Assembly: GCA_963697165.1 (NCBI GenBank) | Contig: CAVOMX010000018.1 | Span: 1 to 64,000 of the forward strand | Length of the DNA: 64,000 nucleotides | Direction of reading: 5' to 3' | DNA from: Candidatus Bathyarchaeota archaeon | GTDB lineage: Archaea; Thermoproteota; Bathyarchaeia; Bathyarchaeales; Bathyarchaeaceae | Made by a program: the position numbers and the translations under genes | Notes under the pieces: model-generated | The model's database searches: none | What the model saw: only the letters and a program-made list of their open reading frames with translations | Told to the model about the DNA's origin: nothing | Part shown: piece after piece, positions 9,508 to 20,189 of the stretch | Layout: each line of letters starts with the position of its first letter | How positions within the stretch are numbered: position 1 is the stretch's first letter

Positions 9508-9720
9508 TTAACGTTCTACAGTGAAAGCGATTTTAACATTAACATTATACTCTACAATTTTGTCTTTTGCTACTTTGGCTGTGCATCGTTTAACATGCAC
9601 TCCCTTGATGTTCTTAATGGTTTTCGCTGCTTCTGTTACTGCATTCTGAGCTGCTTCACTCCAGCTATTAGGGGAACTTCCTATCAATTCAATTATTTTA
9701 ACAACCGTCATAAAATTCAC
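9508..9720 (-). CDS. Dodecin family flavin-binding protein
   Basis: KIIELIGSSPNSWSEAAQNAV...YNVNVKIAF. Confidence 0.9.
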   Translation of the reverse strand: MNFMTVVKIIELIGSSPNSWSEAAQNAVTEAAKTIKNIKGVHVKRCTAKVAKDKIVEYNVNVKIAFTVER

Positions 9721-9833
9721 CTCAATTTATTAATTATGTCTTGCTTTTTATTTTTTTATGCTTATGAAGACCCGTAAAAAAAGCCGGTGGTTTCCTATCT
9801 TCAAATAGCATTTCATTCACTATGCTTTCGTTT

Positions 9834-9953
9834 CTAGATTTTAAATCCAGACTTCATCTTGTCCATTCCTTCTTTTGCGTGAGTTTTAGTATGTTCAGCC
9901 ATTTCTTCTTTTGTTGAAAGACTTTTTCCACATTTTGGGCATTTCAAATCCAT
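9834..9953 (-). CDS. 39-aa C2H2 zinc-finger microprotein (absent from the ORF track)
   Basis: MDLKCPKCGKSLSTKEEMAEHTKTHAKEGMDKMKSGFKI*, C-x2-C-x12-H-x3-H, with a GGAGGTG ribosome-binding site upstream. Confidence 0.8.
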   Translation of the reverse strand: MDLKCPKCGKSLSTKEEMAEHTKTHAKEGMDKMKSGFKI

Positions 9954-10024
9954 AGCTATTCACCTCCCAATTTACTGGTATTCTCAAATAATCAAATTAT
10001 GCTGATTTGATTTAAAGTTCTTAG

Positions 10025-10842
10025 CTATTTTCTTTTGGCAACCCAAAGAACTTTCATCTTGTGAACATCACTTTTTGAGGGCTTGTAATTCTCTGTTCCC
10101 TTAAAGTTTGCATAAACCTGTATCTTATCGTCCCAAAAGTCCTTCTGTTTAGCTGTCCAATCAATTACAAAAGTCCCATCATTGTTTGTTGCCCCCGAGA
10201 CTAAAGGATCATCTCTCATGAATGAGCGATCTTTTTCGAAAATATGAACTTCAGCACATCCTACGCCCTCAACTGTATCATGTGTTGTCAGTTTTCCTCT
10301 AAAAGTTACTGTTGAACCAGAAGACACAGAAGCTGGTAAGGAATCCAACAACAAAACAGTATCATTAACGCCAGAAGCGGGTTCTTTGCAAACTTCTTCA
10401 ACACCCTCAGTATCATCCTCTTCTTTGGCAACTTTGGCTACTTCAGCTATTTGGTCTATAGTTAAATCATCGATTTCTGCATCACAACTGTTTTGAACTG
10501 CTTCAATTCCATGTAGAACACCCTGCTTTGTTTCATATGCTTCGCTTGCAGCAATGATTTCTCCATTAGAAGCCTTCAAGTGAAATCTGAACTGCAGAAT
10601 CAATATCCGTAAAAACTTCATACTTTGGATTAGTCAAGTTTTTCCATTTCTATTGTGCGGTCATCAACATGGGAGTTACAGTTGCTTTGAACTGACCTAA
10701 CACCGTTCATGCACCCCGCTTTGCTTTCATAAGCTTCACTTACTGCAACTATTTTATTATTTGCGGCACGAAGTCTAAATCTAAACTTCCCTGCCATATC
10801 TCTATAGACTTGATATTTTGCACTCAAATAATTCATCTCCAA
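10025..10842 (-). CDS. YegP/DUF1508 tandem-domain protein with C-terminal beta-sandwich, frameshifted
   Basis: KFRFRLRAANNKIVAVSEAYESK and QFRFHLKASNGEIIAASEAYETK in adjacent ORFs. Confidence 0.8.
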
Positions 10843-11148
10843 ACTCTCAACATCATTGCTTATATCTCAAAACATTATTTATAGAATAAGTATACGTTGT
10901 ATGCGCTTGTCTTACATGGTCTCGCGATTTTTCACACCATTCTTTGATTTCCCTGTCCGCTGGTACCGATTGTGACAGAATCATAATTAGGAACATAAGC
11001 GGCCATAACACTTTGTCTTACGTTGTATACTGAAACATTATATGATTCTCAGGGAACATCTTATCTGGCTAATAGATTTTAGTCAAGATTTGATACTATT
11101 TGGTAACTGAAGAAGCAAAAAGCGTTAAATTCGATCATAGGCTTAGCT

Positions 11149-11352
11149 TTGCCTCTTGATTTTGTCTGTAAAATCTTGGACGTGAAGAGAAAAGATTTTG
11201 CCTCTCTGGCTATTTCTAATCTCATAGATGAGGAACTTGATTGGATCAAACATAATGATTTTGATACCAATTCTAAAGAAATAAAAAGACACAAAAAAAC
11301 AGTTAATGTTGTAAAATTTGAGGCTAATGAGTGGGTCATAAATAGAAAATAA
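11149..11352 (+). CDS. Hypothetical protein, possibly 5'-truncated by a frameshift
   Basis: Short ORF with protein-like composition only. Confidence 0.3.
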   Translation: MPLDFVCKILDVKRKDFASLAISNLIDEELDWIKHNDFDTNSKEIKRHKKTVNVVKFEANEWVINRK

Positions 11353-11419
11353 ACTAAAAAGCACTCCAGCCAGGGTTCATCTTCTCTTGAATTGAAATAT
11401 TTTTTGAGAGAAAATTGCA

Positions 11420-11998
11420 TTATTTAGGTTTTGTAACTGATCGATTCGGGCTTGAGGTTTTGGGTGATTTTAGATATAGTGTTACTGAGTTTTCTCTTGT
11501 TTCTACTTTCGGTTCTATGTCCAAAATGGATTCGAACATGCTGCGCATATAGCTTCCGAGGTATTGGCTCCATTTGTGGTTCAGTTGATGAGCCAGATGA
11601 ACTCTGTCTTCGCCGTTTACGATGCTTTGGGTGGAGTCAAACCAGTTTCCATATTTTCCATAAACTACGTCTATAAACCAATTGACAGTCTCAAAGTTCA
11701 GTCGTGCTCCCCGTTGTAGAATTGCTTCTTCAGGAATGATTGAGCCAGTTTTTTCTGCTATATCAACCAAATCTTTGTCAGGGATACGCTCCAACATTGG
11801 AGCAAAAGTATTGTATGTGAGGGTAATAGCTGGGACTCTATCAGTAAACCTTGAAACCAATACATACTGTCGTATAATCTGATTCAACAGGGCGCTAACG
11901 CTAAGACCTTGCTTCTCTGCCTCTTCACTCAAAATTTTATCATATTCAGGGTTCATACGAAAAGTTCGAGTAATCATTCTCAATAAAATCACTGGCAT
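11420..11998 (-). CDS. Ribbon-helix-helix DNA-binding protein with C-terminal ligand-binding-like domain
   Basis: TRTFRM...LSEEAEKQGLSVSALLNQIIRQYV RHH pattern; H...KWS motif in the C-terminal part. Confidence 0.75.
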   Translation of the reverse strand: MPVILLRMITRTFRMNPEYDKILSEEAEKQGLSVSALLNQIIRQYVLVSRFTDRVPAITLTYNTFAPMLERIPDKDLVDIAEKTGSIIPEEAILQRGARLNFETVNWFIDVVYGKYGNWFDSTQSIVNGEDRVHLAHQLNHKWSQYLGSYMRSMFESILDIEPKVETRENSVTLYLKSPKTSSPNRSVTKPK

Positions 11999-12185
11999 AT
12001 AATTTGTACATTTCTTAAAATAAATATTTTCCTCAACAATATGTCTTAAGATATGAACGCATTGATGCTGTATTCACTCGTAAGACATTGTGTTACAGCG
12101 AATACGTGCATTTTATTTACATTTTTTGATAAACTAGGATATGACGGGAGAGAGTTTAGTTTTGGCTCAAAATGTGGTGTAGTGT

Positions 12186-12491
12186 TTGTTAGATAATAAT
12201 ACCTTTAATCTTATCATGCGACTGATTGAAGAAAAACGTAGTCTTTCGCGAATAAAAAACAAAAATATCACGAAACCTAGTAACAATAAAGAATGTCGAA
12301 ATTTCTTGAAGAAGTTGGAGAAAAATAAAGAAGAACATATAAAAGACCTGGAAGAAAGCCTAGGAAAAACATCTATTCTAAATCTGGAGATGCAGCCTCC
12401 AAAGAAAATTAGAGCCCTGCTTACAAACCAAGGATACCCCCAAAAAAGGATCAAAGAGTTGTCGAAATGGTATAACATTCCAATAAAGTAG
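12186..12491 (+). CDS. Hypothetical protein (N-terminal half helical, ferritin-like pattern)
   Basis: MLDNNTFNL...EEKRSL.RI...ECRNFLKKLE..KEEHIK.L. Confidence 0.45.
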   Translation: MLDNNTFNLIMRLIEEKRSLSRIKNKNITKPSNNKECRNFLKKLEKNKEEHIKDLEESLGKTSILNLEMQPPKKIRALLTNQGYPQKRIKELSKWYNIPIK

Positions 12492-12644
12492 CATGACGCG
12501 TTACTTTTCTTGTTTCTAGATTTGTTACAATTGTTCCAAAGCAAAAATGAGCAAGACAACGTCAAGATTAAACGGGCTTTTTATGCAACTGCTGTTGTTG
12601 TTTCATTGATATAATTTCTAGACAAAGTTGAAGTTATTATTGAA

Positions 12645-12941
12645 TCAGTCACCTTTACATTCAGGAATTTCCTTCAACTCTACTCTATTTATTTTTAATG
12701 TGATTACATCACCAACTCCCATAATGTGATAGACTGGAAGACAGATTGTAACATGTCCAAGTAACGGTTTTTTGAATCCCAACTCGTTTGTTGCTTCTTT
12801 TGTCAATCTAACTTGTATGTGGGTTATCTTCCAATCCTCCTCCATATTTGCTTCTGAGATTTCACCAACATTAAAAGAATCTTTGGTAATTACCATTTTT
12901 CCCTTTAACTTGCTAATTTCTATCATTAAGTCACCCAACAA
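12645..12941 (-). CDS. PRC-barrel domain protein
   Basis: ISKLKGKMVIT.D...VGEI...W.IT.I...I..VGDVITL. Confidence 0.8.
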   Translation of the reverse strand: MLGDLMIEISKLKGKMVITKDSFNVGEISEANMEEDWKITHIQVRLTKEATNELGFKKPLLGHVTICLPVYHIMGVGDVITLKINRVELKEIPECKGD

Positions 12942-13192
12942 ATATACTATTATTTCAAATTTAGTTATAATATTTTGGTTTTGAGGTTAAAATTTAACCA
13001 AAAACCCAAACTGCAGTCGCTATATTACAATTAGCCATTTACTAATGGTGGGAAAAAAACTGGATATGGAGACTAATATCCAATAATACTCTGTATGCAG
13101 TTTTAATCTCACAAAAAATTGAATTTCAATTCAGATTTTTTTTATAAATGGGAAGTGAGTTGGTGTATCAAGTTACACAGAAAAGACCTTTT

Positions 13193-13882
13193 TCAGTTTT
13201 TGTCTACAAGCTTTGCCTCTTTTATAACAAGAACACCGCTGTTATCTTCATAGTTGGTTTCGGCTTTGATTATTTCAATTCGTTTTTTGAAGATTGGGGC
13301 ATCCAAAACTAGAGACTCGTATTCACCGCCTTCGCCTACTAGAGAAATTTGATATTTTTCGTTAAGTTCCACAAGTTTTTCTAAAGTTTCATGGTTGATT
13401 TCTCTTCCTAGCCACGTTTGGTCTAAACCGTAAGCGTATACTCCGATGATTATTGCCTTAAATTTGAGGTTAATTAGTTCATTCATGATGTCTAGCGGGT
13501 CTTGGTGCCACAGCGGAGTAACCGATTTGATGCCCAACTCTTCACATATTTTCCCAATTCGTTCTTTTTGATACGACGACATTATTGCCCCTGACACAAT
13601 ACCATCCACGTCAAGAGATAAAAGCAACTTCTTGAGATCATTCAGCTCTTTTTCTTTTATTCCAACAGTTTCAGCCGTAACCAACGGAATTTCGAGCGCT
13701 CTGGAGATGTGTTCTGTTAGGTGTATGTTGGGAAAATGAAACATGTAGCTGTCAGAGCGTTTGGGAATCATTGTAGCCAAAACTTCGATTGTGTGCCCCA
13801 TGTTTTGGGCTCGGTAAAGCGCTAAAATTGAATCCTTTCCACCAGTAACCAAAGCAGCTAACCGCATATTTAAAGCACTCAA
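13193..13882 (-). CDS. dph6: Diphthine--ammonia ligase (Dph6 / ATP_bind_4)
   Basis: TGGKDS PP-loop, DSYMFH, GEGGEYESLVLDAPIF. Confidence 0.9.
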   Translation of the reverse strand: MSALNMRLAALVTGGKDSILALYRAQNMGHTIEVLATMIPKRSDSYMFHFPNIHLTEHISRALEIPLVTAETVGIKEKELNDLKKLLLSLDVDGIVSGAIMSSYQKERIGKICEELGIKSVTPLWHQDPLDIMNELINLKFKAIIIGVYAYGLDQTWLGREINHETLEKLVELNEKYQISLVGEGGEYESLVLDAPIFKKRIEIIKAETNYEDNSGVLVIKEAKLVDKN

Positions 13883-13904
13883 TTCTGTTGAGTCAGGTCA
13901 GTTT

Positions 13905-15272
13905 TTACAGGTTTTTAGCTTTCTCAAACACTTGACTAGTCTTCGCTTCCCAATCCTCTAAACCTTCAGGGGAAGACGGATAATTCTTGTATAACTCCTT
14001 AATCTCTTTCATGAGTTTAGATGTAGCATTCAACTTCTTGAGAAGAGAAATGCTTCCAAGCCCCTTGAAGAGCCTGCCAGTCTTTTCAGTTATGTTAAGT
14101 TTCAGGTCCTCGCCCATGCTCGTCTTCAAGAGATCATCGTCCGTAATCAGATGGTGGCGCATACCATAATTCATTTCCTCATTGCTCAACCGTTGAAGAA
14201 GCATACGGAAAATGTCAAGCCCAGCCTGTTTAGCACCATACTCTTTCATGAATATGCCCGTGTATGACCACAAAGTTTCTCGGCTCACGTCATCCTTCTT
14301 TAGTGCTTCTATGATGATTTCTGCCGCTTTCACTCCCCCCATCATTGAAGAGCCAATTCCGCCACCATGAATTGGGTTAACTTGACAAGCAGCATCGCCA
14401 ATAATAATTATGCCATTGGCCACCATAGGACTTATGGGTTTTCTTGTTGGAACCAGACCTCCGCCACCAGTTAATACTCGCGAACCCTTGAAGAGAGGTA
14501 GCGACAAAATCAGTTCATTATACAAATCTTTTGGATTAGGAAAACCCTTTGTCATGGCTACCCCCAAACCCACGTTTACTGTAGTTGCACTTTTGGGAAA
14601 AATCCAGTAATATCCTCCTGGAACACGCTGCAGGTCCAGATAAATTTTACAAAAGCCCGGATCAACAATCGGCTCTGAAAGCTCACGAATTTCGCGGTAA
14701 CAAATCTCTACATCTTCGTCTTTAACTTCTTTTTCTATGCCCATCTCAGCAGGAAGCCTCTTTCTCAAAACTGCGGAATATCCACTTGCATCCACTACAA
14801 CTTTAGCAAGTATTTCGCTGTTTTTGTCTGTTTTGAGGTCTTTAGTTTTGACGCCAACTACATATCCATTCTTTAATATTGGCTCTGTGACAACTGTCGA
14901 GTCAATCAAGATTGCCCCAGCAGCCTTTGCCTCGTTTATTAGTCTCTGACCAAAAAGTAGGCGATTAATTAAGTATCCATGGACGCCTTCCCCTTGGACA
15001 TTGACTTCGGTCTCCATGTCTGGCGAATAAACTTTGATTCCTTTAATTGTTTGATCAAGTTCCGCTCCTGATGGATGAACTATGCCTAAGTTGTCAAAGT
15101 GATGTTTTCCTATTGCATCCCCGCAGACCTTATCGCCTATGTTCTGTTTTTCTTTGCGATCTATCATGCAGACCTTGAGTCCAGCTTCGGCAATAGTTTT
15201 TGCTGTTAGACATCCTCCTGTTCCGGCGCCAACAACTATAACGTCAAATTTATTCAACAGTTTTCTCTCCAA
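13905..15272 (-). CDS. Geranylgeranyl reductase-family FAD oxidoreductase (DGGR-like)
   Basis: GAGTGG, KVCGDA, GGYYWIFPK, GDAACQVNPIHGGGI. Confidence 0.9.
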   Translation of the reverse strand: MERKLLNKFDVIVVGAGTGGCLTAKTIAEAGLKVCMIDRKEKQNIGDKVCGDAIGKHHFDNLGIVHPSGAELDQTIKGIKVYSPDMETEVNVQGEGVHGYLINRLLFGQRLINEAKAAGAILIDSTVVTEPILKNGYVVGVKTKDLKTDKNSEILAKVVVDASGYSAVLRKRLPAEMGIEKEVKDEDVEICYREIRELSEPIVDPGFCKIYLDLQRVPGGYYWIFPKSATTVNVGLGVAMTKGFPNPKDLYNELILSLPLFKGSRVLTGGGGLVPTRKPISPMVANGIIIIGDAACQVNPIHGGGIGSSMMGGVKAAEIIIEALKKDDVSRETLWSYTGIFMKEYGAKQAGLDIFRMLLQRLSNEEMNYGMRHHLITDDDLLKTSMGEDLKLNITEKTGRLFKGLGSISLLKKLNATSKLMKEIKELYKNYPSSPEGLEDWEAKTSQVFEKAKNL

Positions 15273-15491
15273 TCCATTTTATGTTGCCCGAAAAGAGCTT
15301 CATAACCTTTATGATACTCCGAGAACAGGTAAAAGAGTTAATTAAAGTTTGTTCACTTACAATTACTCATTCTTTTCGTTTGATGCCCTTCTCTTCTGTT
15401 ATAACGTTAAAAGCTAGAGAAAAGCATTTAACCTGAACTAGTAAGGTTTTTCTATTTTTGTCAAGTCCGTTCTAAAATAGTGAATCCTTGG

Positions 15492-15971
15492 TTATACCCA
15501 ATCTTTATAGTTCTGTGCTTCCCATACTTTGGTAATTTCAATTTGAATTTCTTTCTCGTAATCGTCTTCGTTGTAGAAGTTGATGTACCAGACCATATCC
15601 ACGTTTTCTGGGTCTACACTCCATTTGACCATTTCATCGTCTGTTTCACATACCCATCTTTGGATTTTTCCAAAAGTGTCCTGTGTTATTCGATGTGGGA
15701 ACCATCCAAGCGTATCCTCAAACATCACTGCAGAATGCGGAGTCCACTTGATAGTTCCGTTTGAAACCTTTATTGACACTTCAAAAAATCCTGCTGGAGA
15801 AGACAAATAGAATCCTCTGAACTTTATTTCGTCAGCACCGATTGTGATGGTGTTAGTATAGACAACTTCTCTTTTTTCGGTGTATGCCACAGCATACATT
15901 AAACTAGCAAGGCTTCCAAGAACTAGCATCACAGCGATTATTACTATATTGATCGCAATTTTCTTCTGCAT
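15492..15971 (-). CDS. Membrane-anchored hypothetical protein
   Basis: N-terminal TM helix followed by a beta-rich domain. Confidence 0.6.
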   Translation of the reverse strand: MQKKIAINIVIIAVMLVLGSLASLMYAVAYTEKREVVYTNTITIGADEIKFRGFYLSSPAGFFEVSIKVSNGTIKWTPHSAVMFEDTLGWFPHRITQDTFGKIQRWVCETDDEMVKWSVDPENVDMVWYINFYNEDDYEKEIQIEITKVWEAQNYKDWV

Positions 15972-16160
15972 TCTTTATCACATCCGCGCAGTTATCCAAA
16001 AAAAGATATTACTTCTTGTGCTATGGTTGATGCGACAGACAACATAATCAAATAAATTTTCTTCTCTAACGCCAAAAAAAGAGGCGCCAAAACTGCGAAA
16101 TAAAGCGCTTTTTTAACTGAAAACCAGAAACACTGAGAAATTAAAGAAAAGCAGAAGGAA

Positions 16161-16971
16161 CTAACATTTTTCATCACATTTTTCTGCTTTGAACTTGTCC
16201 CAACAATGCACTATGTCCCGCATGAGTTCTGGCTGCAGGTCATAGAACTCATTTATTCTTCCCTCTGGAAAGAACATTCTTATCATAACTTCCCGCCCCA
16301 GCCTATCCATGGTTAGCATACTTGCTTCCGGCTTCTTTGGAAGGATGTCCTTGTGTTTTTCGTAGATATTTTTAATAGTCGGCTTGATGCAATTCTCTAT
16401 CAGTCTGCTTATTTGTTCTGTTTTCCAGATGCGGGAATCCCATCTTGAAGGAGTAATCAATTATGTCCTTTTTTCCAGAATAGTTGAGGATTACGCTGTC
16501 CAAAACTTTTCTGTTCGGTATCTCAGTTATGTTGTATGTGGGTGTGTAGATTTTGGTGTAGTTTATGGTTATCTCCTTTACTTCGCCCTCAACATCTCCT
16601 ATCTTAACGTAATCACTCACCATAAACGGTCTCGAAATCATAAGGTAAAGACCAGCCAAAAAGTTGCCCACCGTCTGTGTGGAGGCAAAACCGATTGCCG
16701 CACCAGTCAGAGCTGAGACTCCAAGGAACCAGTCAGTGGGAAATCCGAAGAGATTCAAGATTGCAATTACACCCGATGCAAATACGATTAATCTGGAAAC
16801 TAACCTCAAGATGTTGATTGCATGAGGCTCCATGTCTACCTTTTTTCCGTATTTTGATATTGATCTGCGAATCAGTTTGTCAAGAACAAAAGCCACGCCA
16901 ACGATAACAAGGGCTATGCTGATATGAATAAGGTTGTCAGTTGTTAGGACAGCAGGAAACATGTTACTCAC
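16161..16971 (-). CDS. mscS: Small-conductance mechanosensitive channel (MscS family), one frameshift
   Basis: GAAIGFASTQTVGNFLAGL..RPF.V.DYV.IG..EGEV.EI...YT...IPN. Confidence 0.85.
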
Positions 16972-17092
16972 CGTGACGGACAGTGGGTGACCGAACTGTT
17001 AGAAAAAAACCTTTCTGTATTGTTGTTTGCTACAAAGCAACAGAAATAAGAAATCGAAATGATAACCTGTGATTAAATAGGAGGGTTGGACG

Positions 17093-17415
17093 ATGCCAAA
17101 AACTATTCGTGTGCATACTTGGCAAGGAATTTAAGGAACTAGCCTATAGCAGGAATCCTAAGAGTGTAGTTTACGTTATTGCTCAGAGTATTCCATGCCA
17201 GAAACCACACTGGACTAAAACTCATCTTACCCGTAGACTGTGCGCAGTACATCTTCACCGACACCGCCAAAGGAGACATCATGAGACGAACAGGAATTCC
17301 CATCCACACTGGCAATAAAGGAAATCGCTTCCTCACAGACGAGGACGTGAAACGGTTCCTCAGAACCGAACTAGACATAAAAGATCTGAAGATCTTCTCT
17401 TACTGGACAGCATAA
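17093..17415 (+). CDS. Hypothetical protein, frameshifted
   Basis: GGAGG RBS then ATG at 17093; pieces join as MPKTIRVHTW..EFKELA...LKLILP...YIFTD...RRTGIP. Confidence 0.55.
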
Positions 17416-17519
17416 GCAGAACTTTACTCAAAAAATAGATGAAATAAAAAGGGTGGTGGCCGGGCCAAGTCGACCCGACGCGACATTTTGAACGATATTT
17501 CAGTTATCGTGTAGTCAAT

Positions 17520-17781
17520 TTAGGGCGTGAACATCGACAGCAAAGTTTCGGTATGAATCACGTTGGGATGAGCTTCAACCATCTCATAGATGATGCGTGT
17601 TAGCTGCTTCTGAGTTGTCTGCTTCTATTACTGCGACTGCATCGAACCGTCCTAGGACCGAGTTGGCCATTGTTACGCCTTTGATTTTCCTAGACTGCAC
17701 GATCTCCTCTGACGTCCCGGGCCTCATAATCAAGAGTACAAAAGCCCTAATTTTTTTGGTGCGGAGATCTTTTGAAGCCAA
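17520..17781 (-). CDS. Standalone Lrp/AsnC ligand-binding (RAM) domain protein, frameshifted
   Basis: RAFVLL..RPGTSEEIV...V.GRFDAVAVIEA...HPNVIHTETL. Confidence 0.7.
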
Positions 17782-17797
17782 TTGTTTTCTCTCCTTC

Positions 17798-18028
17798 TTA
17801 GAAGAGTGTGATTGCAGTTTCGGTGTGGACAATGTTTGGGTCTTTTTCGATTACTTTGTATACGAATTCGTTGAGTGTTTCTAGGTCTGGGGCTTCTAAG
17901 ACAACTATGACATCGTGTCGTCCGTAAACGGAGTCAGCATGTAGAACATTTTGGAAACGCATTTTGATGGCTTTGACTACGTCTTCAGATGTTCCGGGTC
18001 GTGTTTCAATTAGTAGATATGCTTTCAT
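17798..18028 (-). CDS. Standalone Lrp/AsnC ligand-binding (RAM) domain protein
   Basis: MKAYLLIETRPG...VYGRHDVIVVLEA...IVHTET. Confidence 0.85.
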   Translation of the reverse strand: MKAYLLIETRPGTSEDVVKAIKMRFQNVLHADSVYGRHDVIVVLEAPDLETLNEFVYKVIEKDPNIVHTETAITLF

Positions 18029-18059
18029 GCTTATTCACCTCTTTCTCCATATCTTATTT

Positions 18060-19534
18060 TTAATAGTCTAAGTATTTCATTATTTCCCATGGAGTTACAT
18101 ATAGACAGTATTGGTTCCAGTCGTTGGTCTTGTAGTCTATGAATGCATCGAATATGTGACTTCCAAGAGTCTTATGGACCACTTCGTCGCTCTTCATTGA
18201 CTCTAGAGCATCTCTTAGGGTTGTTGGCAACTCCTTAACGCCAAGTGCATTTCTGCGTTCAGTGCTCATCTCGTAAATGTCCTCGTCAACAGGGTCACCT
18301 GGATCAAGTTTCTTCTTTATGCCATCAAGTCCAGCCATCAAGACACATGACAGAGCCAAGTATGAGTTGCATGATGGATCAGCGGAACGTAATTCAGCTC
18401 GTTTTGCTGCAGCATGCTCGGGACCTTTGAAGTATACTGGAACCCTAATCATTGCTGATCTGTTTCGGCGAGACCACATAATGTAGATTGGTGCCTCAAA
18501 ACCGGGTACAAGTCGCTTGTATGAGTTTACTGTGGGACAAGTTTATTGCGGTTATTGCTCTGGCGTGTTCTAGCAAGCCTCCGATGAAGTATCTGCCGGT
18601 TTGGCTCATTTCAGCATAATCGTCTTTTTCGTCATACATTGCGTTAGTTTTGCCCTTTCCAAAGAGAAGCATGAACGTGCATGCCGCTGGCGTTGTCAAG
18701 GTAAACTGGTTTAGGCATGAAAGTTGCGATTAATTCATGCTTTTTTGCAACGTTTTTGGCTACGAATTTGTAGAGTAATGTCCTGTCAGCTGTTTTCACT
18801 AGTTCTCCATATTTGAAGTCAATTTCGATCTGTCCTGCAGTTGCAACTTCGTGGTGGTGCATCTCAATTTCTGTGTCAAAGTTTTCTTCAAGTATGTGTG
18901 CAACTTCGTTTCGGTACTCAACAGTTGTGTCTTCTGGTGGTGGTCTGAAATACGCCTCTTTTGGTCTAAGAATGTGAAGCCTCCTGGCGTTGTTTCTGCG
19001 GATTTTGGTACAACTCGTGGTGCTCCCCATGAGTCTCCTGCACCGCCTTTCGGGCTTACCCACATGTCCCAAACAAGGGTTGTTGGATCAATTGATTTGA
19101 AGACGAAGTATTCTAGTTCTGGACCGAAAAAGCTGGTATAGCCCATCGTCTTCTGCTGCTTTTACGGCGTTTCTTGCTACGTATCCTCTTGGATCTACGA
19201 CTGATGGCTTTGTGCCTCCAAAAGCTTCGTAAACGTCTCCTAGGATAATTGCGCTTTTTTGTATTTCGTCGGTTGTCCACGGGATAATGTATAATGATGT
19301 TGGGTCTGGTTTTAGAATCATGTCTGATTCTTCTATGGTTTTGAAACCTCGTACAGATGATCCGTCAAAGCCGATGCCTGCTGTTAGAGCTTGTCCTTCT
19401 GTGAAGTGTTTTGCTGGTATAACTACATCTTGCATTAGACCTCGGATGTCTACGAAGGCTGTATGTACCCATCGTATTTTGTTTTTTTTCAGGGTTTCTC
19501 TAGCTGTTGTAATTGCATCCATGTTATTCACCAT
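18060..19534 (-). CDS. glnA: Glutamine synthetase type I, split by several frameshifts
   Basis: [63 protein letters not shown]. Confidence 0.95.
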
Positions 19535-19683
19535 TCATTCAGTTGAAATTGAATTTATTACACTTTTATATATAAATGTTTCTAATATGTTGAAGGAAAG
19601 CTTATATATATCTTAAGTTAATGAACAAGTATTCATGGTAAAACAGAAAAGTGCAATCTGTTCTATGGTTAAACATTCAATAA

Positions 19684-20163
19684 ATGAGGAAAATGAAAAT
19701 GAGTACCAATTCACACCATAAAGTGGATGAAATTGACCGAAAAATCATCCAATTACTACAAGAAGACGCCAGAAAAAGCTTCAACAAAATTGCTGATAGC
19801 CTAGGTATAGCTGTTGGAACTGCATACAACCGTGTAAAAAACATGGAAGACAACGGAATCCTGAAAGGCTACACCATAATGTTGGATTCAGCCAAACTCG
19901 GCTATGGATTGACCGCTCTCATACTCATCGAAACCGAGGGTCAGTATCTCCCTGACGTTGAAAAAGAGCTTGCACAACTCGACGAGGTCATATGCATCTA
20001 CGACATTACCGGAGACTACGATGTAGCAGTAGTTGCAAGATTCAAAAACAGAAACACACTAAATAATTTTATCAAGTCTGCACTAAAAATGCCACACGTG
20101 ACCCGAACAGTCACAAATGTTGTGCTTAATGTCGTCAAAGAAGACTTCAGAGTCAAAGTATAA
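19684..20163 (+). CDS. Lrp/AsnC transcriptional regulator divergent from glnA
   Basis: DEIDRKII.LLQEDAR HTH plus ITGDYD RAM domain. Confidence 0.92.
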   Translation: MRKMKMSTNSHHKVDEIDRKIIQLLQEDARKSFNKIADSLGIAVGTAYNRVKNMEDNGILKGYTIMLDSAKLGYGLTALILIETEGQYLPDVEKELAQLDEVICIYDITGDYDVAVVARFKNRNTLNNFIKSALKMPHVTRTVTNVVLNVVKEDFRVKV

Positions 20164-20189
20164 TCAATGACTCTGTATTTTTCCTTTTT

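Larger units (their letters stand above)
11006..12095. promoter_or_regulatory. Inverted 17-bp operator-like boxes flanking the RHH gene (11006-11022 and 12079-12095)
   Basis: taacactttgtcttacg versus the reverse complement of cgtaagacattgtgtta, 15/17 match; another ttgtcttac at ~10907. Confidence 0.5.

Noticed and set aside
18060..19534. glnA, tbp, cdhC/D/E and znuABC as true pseudogenes or programmed frameshifts
   Set aside because: The breaks are scattered single-base indels in essential genes with intact motifs and no shared slippery site; sequencing error is simpler
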